From the NCBI GenBank assembly GCA_907165135.1, contig OU015566.1, forward strand, positions 11,780,001 through 11,844,000: a stretch of DNA of 64,000 bases, in the 5' to 3' direction. Position numbers and translations under genes: made by a program. The notes under the pieces were generated by a model. That model was given only the letters and a program-made list of their open reading frames with translations, made no database searches and was not told the origin of the DNA. The stretch comes from Oikopleura dioica. Taxonomy: Eukaryota > Animalia > Chordata. Positions 1 to 12,400 of the stretch are shown here, piece by piece (position 1 is the first letter of the stretch; every line of letters starts with the position of its first letter).

Positions 1-37
1 GATTAGGTATTAGTGATTTAGGAGTGTACATGAATAG

Positions 38-2876
38 TTAGCGGTTCGGAGATTGAGTCCATTCTTCAGGTGGTGGTTGAAGAGAGTCGATTCTTTTGAA
101 TTGAGTGGGTATTCTGATCTCTTGAAAGTCGATCAGTTGGATCTTTAGTCGCAATTGCAGAAGATGATCCACATCAGCCTGTAAGAATTCTTGTAAGATC
201 AGCAGAGAGGATCGCTACTTACAGTGAACGACTCGGAAGGCGCAAAATTGACAGAGAGGAGTGATTTCAACCCATCTACCCATGTGTTTCTCGTAGAACT
301 ACTGTCAGCAAGAAGAGTCATTGTTTGAGACTCGCCTTCCGCGACTTTATGTTCAATTGCGAAAAGCTAGAAAAGCTTCAATCACGTGAGAAAAGTGAAA
401 AAATAATACCAGTGAGTAGTCAATCATTTTGCGTTTGTGCTTTCCGGTTTTTTCAACGACAGGTTTTGCTTCTACTCCTTGATAAACTCTGATCATGTTT
501 CGAATTTGAACATGCTTCGCGCTTGAGCTAGAAAAGGCGCCTTCAAAAGTGGACGATTTCGAATCCACTGAAATGTGTCTTCTGCTTTTGTCCAGTCTCA
601 TGTAGACAAATGACTTTTTCTGATTCGCGTCCGTAAATCGACAAGTTTTCTCCATCAACATAAGGCGATTTTCTTCCACGACTTTTGTCACTTCTTTTCT
701 GAGATGCTCCTTTACTAAGAGTACGCTTTGATGGTTTTCGAGATCAGCATCGTCTTTGAAAATGTGCTGTGCTTCGACGAGCGAGTTGTAGTTGTTCTGA
801 GCGAGGTTCTTCTTGAATTGCTGGAGTGTGCTGGTATTTTGCGTGAGGGAATTTTTGACTTGTTCTTTCAGAACATTGACGACTGAAGAAGAATTAAACG
901 AGGACAGTTGAAATAGAGCAAACCTTTCTTGAAGTCTGCCATAACAGCATTAGCATCTCGCCACGTCGCCCAAAACGACATAAAAGTTGCTGAGAAAATC
1001 TCCTCGAAAGTGTCCGAAGAAATTCCAAAAACGAGCTCGTGGAATTCTGATGAGATTGTTTGAGAGCCCTTGAAGTCCAAAGAATCGACAAGAATTGAAA
1101 CGACTTCATTTGCAGCGGGAACGATGGGAAACATTCCCTTGTGCCGGGTAGCATTGTTTGTGATGATTGTAAGGCAGTCGTCCCTTCAAACGAAGCAGAG
1201 TTGAAAGATCGAAAACTGTCAATAATCAGTACCTGTGTTTTCTAGAGAAGAACTCGATGCATTTCAACGGTAGTATTCCAACAGGCGTTTGAAAATCGGT
1301 CAAAGGATGATTCGAAGAATTTCCCGAAATGACAGTTTCCCAACTCTCTTTTTCCAAATTTTTGACGACCTTGGAAATGACCTGCTGCTGCTGTGTCGAC
1401 TGTGGATCGCCACGGGTGGTGATGTCTTTTTCGTATTTGAGCTTGAGATAGATTCGTTGGAAGGTTCCCACCGCGCTTTCTTCCTTCAAACGGCCGAGTT
1501 TGATCAATGAGTTGAAGATTCTTTGTTTTAACTTGTTGAGAAGAGCATTGTCGATTTGCTCGTTGTCTCTTTCAATCAGGATTCGAAATTCAAGGTACCT
1601 ATTGCTTGAATTCCAGCTGGCCTCAATTAAAGTGTAAAGGCCTTAACAGATGGTTACCAGATTGAAATTCTCTATAAAATACCTCGAGTAGAACTGAATC
1701 ATCAAAAATTACGAAAATGAAACGAAATCTTTGACAAAGATCAATAAAATGAAACATAGTTTTGTAATATTATTTGGAAGATCGATGTTACTGCCCACGG
1801 TAAAGCAAAAAGGTAAAGATAAATATTTTCGAACCCTCCCTTGACATGAATAAAACACTATTGACCAACATCAACGAAGCCAGTTGAATATTTTCTTCCT
1901 TGTCGCTTATTCTCGTATGCAAAATCGGCGAGTCATTTAGCAGCTTAAAAATTTGTGCTCTGACTGCAGGAACTTCTTGTAATCCGCGATCGAGAAGATT
2001 TATCGTCTTCTGGAGAAGCTTTCCTTGTCCATTATTAGTTCTTTCGTTGAGCAACTTGATCAGCTGATCGGTAAAGTCGGAAATGTGCGAAAGAATGTCT
2101 TTATAATCAATCAAGTTATCGTCAAGCAACGCCATCAAAATCGTTAGAATCTTCTCCAAATTCGCTTCCTGCACCTCTTTATCGACCGAGAGCAAAACTT
2201 TGAGGCCATTTTTCGAGATGAATATTCGGTTGAAAACGATATCTTCACTGTATTGAAGCAAATAGCTGAGGTTTTGGTGCCAGTTCTTTGCATCATCCGG
2301 AGAACGCTGTTGAGAAAGAAGTTTTAAAATGTGCGAAGCGAGGCGATCTGGAGATGTTCCGAGTAAAAGCGTTGATCCCTTGTCGATTCTGTTTGATTTC
2401 TGAAAATTTCTTTGTAGAAAAATATGCGGAAAGGCTTCTTACCAGCAATTCTTCAGTGATGTATCGCCTTGAATTCTGAGTCTCTAGTAATAAAGCTCGT
2501 GGCGTTCCCTTGACTTTCAACGAGTTTTCAAGCTTATCGTCTTTTTGTGAGAAACCACAGACTTTTGTCGACAATAAGAAAGAAAACTCGTGGCTTGGAG
2601 GATCTGCATGACTTCTGTGACGATTTCGTCGAGCGATTTGGACGGATCGAGCTTGTAAGCTTCCTCTTTATTGTCGATTTTGACGAGTACGCCGATTGAG
2701 TAGTGGTTTTCGCCATCTTTTTCGCTGTTCAGCGTTTCGGTCGAAATTAACGATGGGCCAGAAATATCGATATTTCTGAAAATAAACGAAGTTTAATCGA
2801 AAATTCTTATTAAATTTATCCATAAAAACGCTATTTGATATCATTAACGGGCTTACCTAAGAGCATTTTTCGTCAT
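38..2876 (-). CDS. ELMO: Engulfment and cell motility protein (ELMO/CED-12), multi-exon
   Basis: Spliced frames give an N-terminus (YKLDPSKSLDEIVTEV...RYITEELL...GSTLLLGTSP), an ELMO domain (TDFQTPVGILPLKCIEFF; FPIVPAANEVVSIL...FEEIFSATFMSFWATWRDANAVMADFKK), a PH domain (NRLMLMEKTCRF...FVYMRLDKSRRHI) and a C-terminus DVDHLLQLRLKIQLIDFQEIRIP...PPPEEW. First exon is MTKNALR. Some internal splice sites are unresolved. Confidence 0.9.
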
Positions 2877-3100
2877 TTTCTTTATCCTTCTTCTTTATCT
2901 CAAAGAACACTCATTTTCTCTTTCAAAACCATAATTCTCTCCTTTTACTACGCTTCCAATTTTTCGCTCTGGCCAATCAGCGCCGCGCAATTTCATTTTG
3001 AATGAAATCGAAGAAAGAAATGAAGAGCCGATTAATCTAAATAACTTCTCCATTTTCTCAAATATAGAAAGTGTTTTGAGAGATTTTCAGACATCATTGA
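2877..3100. promoter_or_regulatory. Short bidirectional promoter region between ELMO and the divergent plus-strand genes
   Basis: Only about 225 bp between divergent start codons; CCAAT box (ggccaatcag) at ~2971. Confidence 0.5.
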
Positions 3101-4004
3101 ATGGGAGGCCAGCAAGGGAAATTTGCCGGAGGCGTCGGTAGAGATTTTTTCAGAAGACCGCTGAGGAAGGATGCGAGAGTGGGAGCGCCTGATTATCTCA
3201 AGAGATTTACCAGGTAATCGCATAAATGCCAAAAGCATGGCTTGGCAACATGTGCAGAAACCTGAGTCAGGGTCCTGAAAGAATTTCGATAGAAGCAGCG
3301 TATCAGCAGAAGGGAGCCTTTATAAAACAAAAAATTCAGACATGACTTCTACTGGGGTTTCGGAAAGCTGCCGATGTTCGTTGTTGGAGGATATTTCTTA
3401 TCGAACGCATACTGGGAACGATATTCCAATGCAGCTATAGATTACAAGACAAACAAGGAATTCTTCGATAGAAATCGTCGACTAGCGCAAATTACCGGGT
3501 AATTACTCTCTCCTTGGACGAAAATAACATCGATTTAGTGACGACCGACCACTGCTGGACAGACCATTTGCGCTAGAAAAGGCGATAAAGAAGGCACAAG
3601 TTCGAGCGTTTCTCGCTGGCGATCCAGTTTACGAAGAAGCTTTTCACAGAATCTACCTCGACCGCGCTTGGTGGAAAACGTATTGGTATCTCAATCAGAT
3701 AAATCCGGAAGACCACGAATTTCTTCCGATCCCGTATCATCATAGAGCACCAGACGGCAAATTTACTTTTCATGAAGAGAAACTTAATTATAGGTGAGTT
3801 ATTTTCTAAGGAAAAAATGATAAAAAATACGAATTTTTCAGAAAGAAAAGTATAGCTGAGCGAGGAAGGCTGGACATAACAAACGAAGAACGAGCAGAAT
3901 TCATGAAAAAGTATAATTACGATACCGGCGAGCTTCGTCCTTACTCTGGAAAAGTTCCTGCAGTTCAAAAACTTGTGCGGAATAATATGGGCGCCGATAT
4001 TTAA
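3101..4004 (+). CDS. Uncharacterised ~230 aa protein, 4 exons, one hydrophobic segment
   Basis: Four exons joined by GT-AG introns with compatible phases: MGGQQGKFAGG...RHDFYWGFGKLPMFVVGGYFLSNAYWERY...RAWWKTYWYLNQ...NNMGADI*. Not present in the ORF track. Confidence 0.75.
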
Positions 4005-4094
4005 GAAAAGAGGTTCCTGTTTCCTGCCAATTTCTGTCAAAATTACAGAAAAATTATTTATTGACCAGAAAATTGTTGATTTTTGTAATTTAGA

Positions 4095-4899
4095 ATGTCT
4101 CGTCCGAAACCAGCTTTAGCTCGAAAACCAAGCGCAGTAAAATGCTTTCGCGCGCACTGGGGCTACGAAGGCGCGGCAGATGATGAGTTGAGTTTCGAAG
4201 AAGGCGATCTCGTCTACATCGCTGAACAGCACGACGGCGGCTGGTGGAGAGGAACTTGCAAGGGAAAGTCGGGACTCGTTCCGAGCAATTATCTTGTAGC
4301 GGATGAAGATGATGGAACAGGAGCGTCCGGACAGATTGATTTTCCTCTGCATGAGGGCGCCAAAAGGGGCAATTTGGAATGGGTGAGTTTTTTGGGAATT
4401 TTTTAGGTGACGAATCAATTTTAGGTGATTGAATGTCTTGAAAACAAAGTCCAAATCAACGGTCAAGATCGCAGTGGATCAACAGGTTTCTTTCTTCATT
4501 CATTTATCCTAACCCTTACCTTCGTTTCCAGGACTCTACTGGGCCGCTTATGGAGGCCACGTAGAAGTAGTCGAGCGACTTCTTCAAAACAAATTCACAG
4601 ACTTGAATCTCCAAAACAAACTTGGCGACAGTCCCCTCATCGGCGCTGCTATTCGATCGCATCCAGAAGCTGTCGATCTTCTTTTGAAGGCTGGAGCAGA
4701 TCCGAACATCACAAATAACACTGGCGGTACTGCACTCTCTCTAGCAACCAATAATCAAGGTACTTTCAAGCTCAAATATAAACCCGAAGTTTAATTTTTT
4801 CTAGTAAAATCGCTCATAAAAGCGCATCTTGGCCTGAAAACAGAAAGAAAGAATCAATCCGACTATATCGGCGCAGAATCCGACAACGACTCCGACTAA
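4095..4899 (+). CDS. OSTF1: Osteoclast-stimulating factor 1 (SH3 + ankyrin repeats)
   Basis: Pro-rich N-terminus, SH3 (DELSFEEGD...WWRG...GLVPSNYL), ankyrin repeats (PLHEGAKRGNLEW, GLYWAAYGGH, QNKLGDSPL), acidic tail DYIGAESDNDSD*. Confidence 0.93.
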
Positions 4900-5814
4900 T
4901 GTCCATCTTTCAATTTTCTTAAAAACGAATCGATATCTCCAAAGTTCAGCAAATCTACAAAATCCAATGATGCGACAAACCCAAAAATCAAGCGCAGAAA
5001 CCTTATTCCTTCAATCCCGACACTTTTCTACTATTGAACTTCATTCTTCTTTATTATTCTTTTTTGTTCTTTCATCCTTCTGTATATTGTTCGAAAATTA
5101 TTTTATTCTTCTTCTGCTTCGCTCCTGATCGAAAATGCATTAATAAAAATGAAAATCCAAGCAAAAAAAGAATCTGACTGGGACACGATTCAACATGTCC
5201 CAGTTATTTTTGGAGAGAAACAGTAAGGAATTATGTAATTTGAGTTCCTCGAGTTTTTTTCCGGAGACAGTCCAAATAAAGTTTTTTTATATTTTTTAAT
5301 AAAAAGCGTTAGGATCACAAGGATAAAGCAAAATCTTCTCTGATGAAACTAAAAAAGTCATAAACCTCAAATAATTTTAGTGAAAATAAGGCTGACTAGA
5401 TTCTCTTTGATTTTTTATTACAATGGGCTAGATTTGAATTTTCCGATTCGTAGTAATTCCGGTTCACTTTGAATATCAGCTTCATAAAGGTACAATCCCG
5501 AATCAAGCGATTGATAGATAATTAATTAACAGATTTTAAAAATAATATTCACATGGCACGTAATTCTGCTTTCATTATTCCGAATACTTTTTTCGCTTCA
5601 TCAGCGGCTCTTCGTAAAGTTTCATTGACCGGAATGCCAGTCTACTGCCTCAGGGTTCCAAAGCTGACGATGACAATTTACGCAAATCCTTGGCGCTCTT
5701 CGTAGCTTTCTGACCTCTTTATCGCCTCACCTCTTCGGTATTTAAATAGACACTCGTCCATCTTTTCGATTAATAAAAAAAAAATTCTCGTTGAATTTAT
5801 CAACGAGCACACAA

Positions 5815-8358
5815 ATGCGATTCTTTTTTCTGCCACTTGTTTCGGCAGAAATAATATGTAATTACGACGAGCCGTGTTTGAAGGCTTGTACGGACACTGT
5901 ATGCGATTACTACTGGAATGTCGAACATCGATATTCGAGGACATGGAGGACAAAAGATTACGGTTTGAAGGGTGACTATCCGAAAGGGGCCTACAGGGAC
6001 TTTCCAGTGTTCTGGAACAAGACTACGAACTCTCTCGATCTGATTGACTCTGGAATCTCATCGGGAGTTGATCACATTTATAACGAGGATGGAACAATCA
6101 AAGACCCCCTTGATGATCTCGAAAACTTGTTTTTCATTGACGGTCAAGAGGAGCGACGAGCAATCACAATCAACGGACAATTGCCAGGACCGACGATAAT
6201 TGTCAATAAAGGAGCTTTGGTTCGCATCCATGTCAAAAGTGCTCTTCATGAGGAATCACGTGAGTAGAAAACCACCTTCGGGACGAAATTTCTCTTTTGA
6301 TTTTAGAATCGTTCTAACTTAACAACGGAAAATATTTGAAGATTAGCTTACCAGCGCTTGCAAACGATAACCAAAGCCAAGTTCTCATAGAAACGCAATG
6401 ATGTAAATGATCGTTTACCCCCAATATTTAGTAACTTTACATTGGCATGGACTCCACCAAGTTGATAACTACTGGAACGATGGCGCTGCGATGATCAACC
6501 AATGCCCTATCGATGCTTTCAATGCTTTTACATATGTCATGCGCGCTGACAACTCTGGTACACACTGGTATCATTCGCACTACGGAATCCAACGAGCGGA
6601 TGGTCTTCATGGAGCCTTTATCATTCTCGAAGATGGCGACGAGGAAGAGAATATGAGCTGGATTCCAATGGTCATCACCGACTGGTACAGTGCTGACTCG
6701 CTTTATCTTGCTGGAACAGACCCTTATCGGTTCGGGAATTATAATGGAACTCGCTTTACTGGTCCTGCGACGAGAATTTGCAACACTGAACAAAAGGGAT
6801 TCATGACGGGAGTCAAGATGAGCTCGTATTGTGTCGATTCTATCATCGCCAACGGACGCGGTCAACTACGACTTCCAATTTCGGAAGAAAATCCAGAACA
6901 AAAAGAGTTTTTCTTCAGCGTCGGAGAGGAATACCATGTTTCGGAGACAACTACAAAAGTGCAGTTGAAATCTATCCACGCTGGTTTTGAATACCCAATC
7001 TTCATCAGATCTGCTGACGGGCGTCCACTTACGCTGACTGCTACAGATGGACGGAGAATTTCGCCTGAGCAAGGAGATGGTGTTTTCATGGGCGTTGGCG
7101 AAACTTGGAATATCGAGTTTGACTTTCCGCTGAGCGAGGATAGACTTGAGATTATTGCTGAAATCATCTTTGAAGGACTCGGAAAGAAAGCAACGAAAGT
7201 AGAACGCCCCTACGTCAGAATTGTTATCCTTCGCGATGCATTGGTAGCTGGTTCTGAGGTCAAATCGGAACTGGTTCCTGTTTATCCTGACGCGCAGATA
7301 CCAGACATGTTTGACTTTGAATCAGAAAATGATGCTTTCGAAAAACAACTTCTTAACTGTCCCATGACGCACATCGTGGATATTCCATGCAAATTGGTGA
7401 CAGAGTTCCAGCGCGACCCAGAATTTGAAAGTCGATTCGATCACCCTCCCCCGTCACTCTTGGCAACGCCAGATCGGGTAGTTGACCTGAATATGAATTT
7501 CGCTACGGGGTCAAGTTTTAACGGCATCAAATTCAAATACCCAGATCGGCCGTTTTTCGAAAATCCTGAAGACATGGATTTCACGAAATGCACAAAGAAG
7601 CAGATTGAAAACGAAGGAGGTTATTGTACTCATTTGGTCGAAGTCGAAAAAGATGAACTCGTCGAATTTAGGTAGAATTAGTTACAAGTCTATTTTCATA
7701 AATAAATTATTTGAAATAATCCTTTCATAAATAACAAGATCTCTAGAATCACATCTGCAGAGCACATCGAGAACATGTCACGAAGATGGCAATGGACATA
7801 CCACGCCATTCATGTCCATGGATACGAGTTCTTCGTGACCGACATTGGCTTCGGCGTCGCCAACCAAACAACTGGATACATAGAGCGAAATTCTCCAGTT
7901 TTCGGCTGTAGAGGAGGGCACATAAAATGCATGCATACAGTTTTTAACGAACAGCTGATGAGCTTGCGAAGATCAAAGTTTGGCCGACAAGATCATATCG
8001 CTAAGAACACCGTTGTTGTTCCTGCAATGGGATACGTCGTTCTAAGGTACAGTTCATCTCTTTGCTTTAGAAATAAACATAAAATTTAAGGCTAAGGGCA
8101 ACCAACCCAGGCATCTGGCCTTTCCACTGCCACCAGATGAATCACAACTACGAAGGAATGGCCTTTGCACTTTACGTCAAAGATTCAGAAGAAAACAAGC
8201 CGTTTTCATACCTGCCAAAGAACATGCCTCGCTGCGGCGACTACCACCCAAAAGATACTGCAATCAACGAGGAATCCTTCGAAAAGGAAAACGATGCACA
8301 ACAGAGTGCGCTTTCAATCTTTTTCGTTCTCTTTACTTTCCTAAGTATCAATCTGTAA
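5815..8358 (+). CDS. Laccase-like multicopper oxidase, secreted, probable GPI anchor or C-terminal membrane anchor
   Basis: Signal peptide MRFFFLPLVSA; all four Cu motifs (HWHG, WYHSH, HAIHVHG, HCHQMNHNYEGM); hydrophobic C-terminus SALSIFFVLFTFLSINL. Confidence 0.93.
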
Positions 8359-8578
8359 ACATGTTCTGAAATTTGCCTAAAACATAACTTTCCTCATGTT
8401 CAATAAAATCAACTGTAAAGTTAAAACAAAGACATTCTACAGTAGTAGACTTGAAAGAGGTGCTTTTTACCGGTAAGTTACGAGTAAGAGTGACTCATAA
8501 AATTTCGAAGGCCACGTCAGCATTCATTTACAGCCTTGAGTTGAGAGACATTTAAACTCTAAAAAGAGACAAGAGAAG

Positions 8579-9468
8579 ATGAGACTGCTGTATTCCCTAT
8601 TTTTGTCAGCATTAGCAGGAAACTTTTACGATATCCTGGGTATGGAAATTTGATGATAGCGAAAAGCGAAAATAACAAATTTAGGCGTTGAAAAAAGCGC
8701 AACAACAAAAGAGATCAAGAAAGCCTTCAGAAAGCTGGCAATGAAATACCATCCAGACAAAAACAAAGCAGACGATGCCGAGGAAAAGTTTCGAGAAATC
8801 GCGGAGGTAAGTGGTGCAAAAGAGCTCAACCATTAGTTTGGTCCATTTTGCAGGCGTACGAAACACTGTCGAATGAGCAAAAACGAGCATCGTACGACGC
8901 TTCTGGTTTTGCGAACGCTGGAGCAGGCCAAAACCAACATCAACATCAACATTCAAAGTCAAACTTTGACTTCAACTTCGATCAGTTTTTCAAGGACTTT
9001 GACGAGTTCTTCAAGACAAAAAATGATCCTACGAAAAAGAAAAGAAAAACAACTTTCGATTTTGATGATATTTTTGAAGGAATGGATAGCGACGAAGATG
9101 AAATTTTCAAAAATTTTCTCGGCGAGGAGTTTTTCGGAGGCATTGATCTTGGTGGACTCAACATGAAAATGGGCGGCTTCGGCGGAAAAAAGTTTAAAAT
9201 CAAATCTAGCTCAACAATTACGAAAGATGGTAAAACGGAAACTCGGACATTTTCAAAGGATAGCCAGAGTAACGTCAAAATCTCAAAGGTAAATGTTGCC
9301 TTAAATTATTCGGACTGACGTTGAGAGCTATTGAGACTTTTGTCAGTAACAGTGTTTTAGTCATCTTCAAATAGTGGATCGTCAGAGATCAACTGTCGAT
9401 ATGTAACGAAAGAAGTATCTCCTGGAAACTTTGAACGAAAATATGTCTGCGAAAAAGATGAGCTTTAG
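8579..9468 (+). CDS. DNAJB9: ER-lumenal DnaJ/Hsp40 co-chaperone, DNAJB9/ERdj4-like
   Basis: Signal peptide [14 protein letters not shown]-domain (FYDILGV...[18 protein letters not shown]), G/F-rich region, C-terminal CRYVT...YVC followed by KDEL*. Orthology is inferred from architecture. Confidence 0.8.
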
Positions 9469-12400
9469 ATTATATTACAAAAGGAGCTTGTAACTGTTAC
9501 AATTCAATAAAGATCCGATGCATTTTGCACCAAGAGACCTCGCATGAGATGTTATTCTTCATGATAATCTCTCGATATTCAATTTAGTCTTCCATGATTT
9601 CAAAAATGGTAGAATAGCTGCTATTCAGCCGACACGATGACGGGTAGAAAACTCGGTTCATCGCTAGATTTGTCCCGGATTTTTTTCCTAAGAGCGGAGA
9701 GCGCCAGATCTGTTCCGAAAAAAAGCGACTTTCGAGAAGTCGGAAGCCCGGCTTATTTTATTGGATACTTATTCATAGTCAGGTGGACAATTTTTGAAAT
9801 TGAAAGAGAGCAAGGAAGAGTATCAGAAAATGATGAGTATTAGGGAGTAGCGATGATTCCTCAGGCGCCGACGGTGATCTTATCAAGGTAAGGATTTTTA
9901 CCGATTATTTCCGTGAAGATCAAATGTTTCTTTAGAGAGGACATGGACAAATACTTCTCAGTAGGAATGGGTTACTGATTTACAATCAATCTCATAAAAG
10001 AGTTCAAAACTGCTAACCCTTTCAAGTTCGAGATACTCTTATCCAATTCGCTCAAAATCCTTCTTCCCCAATATTGACACTTCCGCCGTTACCAGTAATA
10101 CCAGCAGCGCCGGTACCAACAATATCAGGCAAATTAGCGAATACAAATTCTATCAAGATGCCCTCGATAATCGTCAAAATCAAAAATGGCAAGGTTCATT
10201 CGTCACTCAACACTGGAAGTTTCTCAAAAGAAGAAATTCTTCAACCGTAAGTTGTGAAACACAGAAGCAATAAATAAAACCGAGGTCGGGGAGTCTGTTT
10301 CAGTATGTATTCAATTTGCGGTGAGTTTGATCAATCTCACAAATCGTTCATTGAATCGGACATTGGGAGCTCCCCTGGGGCGAGTTACAATTAGTCCAAA
10401 TGTCGGTCAATTCAATTTGAGCTAATCGAATGCCCCTGTATACGAAAACGTAGATTAGCGAGGCTAACAAATGGCCGAATTTTGATTTTGCTTCAGTCAG
10501 GTCATAAATCTGTTTTTCAGTATCCATTTTAAAATGAAGATGGGAGAAAAGAATATTTTCCTTACCGGTTTATGTAAAACACTTGATGATAAACCGTTAA
10601 TGTTGCATTAATAACGTAACATTATGTCACGTAATTTTCGTGCTTTACTTTAGTAAAGCCGGCTTGTTTTGACGTAATCGAAAGTAGATTATCTTCCATC
10701 TGAGGAAATTGTGACGATGGTAATATTCGGAAATTGTCGGCAACTCCGTCATCTGCTCCGCCGGCATATCAGAGAGTTATCGGGCCTCTCCGGGGACTGT
10801 TATTGCGATAACAGCGCAGTCATACCAGTCAGTTGCGTGCCCCGTCGGTGCTGGCTCCCTCTCTTGCTCACCGGCTCCGGGTGAAATCAACCCTTGCTTC
10901 TCAAAAGCAGAAGCCATTCCTGAGTGTGATTGTGCTCCTCCTCCTCTTTTGGTTGATTAATTATCCGACGCGGAGAGAGAAATAAGAAGAGACAGTCAAG
11001 AGCGATAATACAGAGAGGGAGAATCAACCGACTCGGTTTGACGGTTTTATCGCCCGGTTTTTGATTTAGAGAGCAGCCGCACCGAGTTAATAACACACAC
11101 GCACACAGAGAGACACACTCGCCTCAGGGCAAAATAACCATCGACTATACAAATTTTCGAGTTTGATTGAAAAAGAGACGGGTGGACTTCAATTTATCAG
11201 GTGATTAGAACCAAAATTACAAATTATCAATCTCGGTCCCGAATATTTATGAAATTTTCTCAGCATCTCAGCCTTTTCAAAAGAAGGGATTACTCCAAAA
11301 TAGTCGGATATTTTTATCCGTCAATAAATGACCTCCAGTCTTTTTATTCTTTCCTTGAAGACGAGTTCATTTGGGTCATCCTATCTTGGGCGTTGTAGGT
11401 TACCAGTAGTACCCAGAAAAATAAAGGATTAGCAGCTCACGCGCCCGGGGCCAAGTTACAGGTCTCCTGCCTGGTACTCCATTTAACGCGGCTCCAGTTG
11501 TACTCGGCCAAACGACAACTGCATGTTTCACACGTTTTTAATGACCTTTGAACTGCCTTTTTTAACGTTCAATGCATGCAACTTTCATGAAAATACTAGC
11601 ATCAACAGTGCTTACAGTACGATAAGGAGCTGTAGCTCAAGTCCGAGATAGAAAGAAAACCGGCGCCTAAACATATGCCAAGTAGTCGTCTTATCTAAAT
11701 CACGTGGTTTTTTCGAGTGCCAAGATATCGGTCTCCGATGAAACATAACCGTTTTCCGAAGCCTTTTACTGGCTTTTACAGTTTGGATAAAAGTCTTATC
11801 CGGCAAATTTCGTTGAGTATTTTTAGCTTTCGGCCTTGATCTGGGCTGAGAGCTGCTCGAGTGTTTTCGGCCACAATCGGTATTCGTGATTGATAGCCTG
11901 GTCGCCTGCGGCCAGTGGCACAGGCGCAGTTGGGCACTCCCGAAAGGCGAGGAGATAGCGGGGAGACCGCGGCGGAACAGGCTTGTAGGTGTCAAAAGTG
12001 CACTTTTTTGCGAAAAGAAGATCCCAGAGATCAAACCGCGCCTGGACACAAGTCCAGAAAGACAGCTAACAAAGCGATTTTTTGAGAAAAAAAAAGATGA
12101 TCCCGCATCTGTAAGTCCGACAATAATAATTCTAGCTTCCGGAGATCCGGTTATTATTTGATAGAGAAGTCCTTATTGATTTTTTATCCGTCGCTTCTGA
12201 CATTTTCATGAGTCGATTAAAAAGTCGCACTGATTTCGCCGACCAAAAACCGATAATCGGTACGTTTTGGTTTTACATAATCATTGTCTTATAAATAAAC
12301 TCCTGACATAAACTTTGCTGAGAGAAAAGTGGTAAGCAAAAGAACTTGATGCGCTTTCTCGCGGTGGAAATTCTAGCGCCGAGTTATTGTTTGCGTCTGG

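Noticed and set aside
5177-5205. 9-bp inverted repeat actgggaca/tgtcccagt
   Set aside because: Isolated short hairpin with no TSD or other supporting context; may be chance.
9790-10275. Possible small spliced gene (GTAAG donor at ~9888, acceptor at ~9935, AATAAA at ~10273)
   Set aside because: Could not establish a start codon and consistent frame with confidence; left unresolved.
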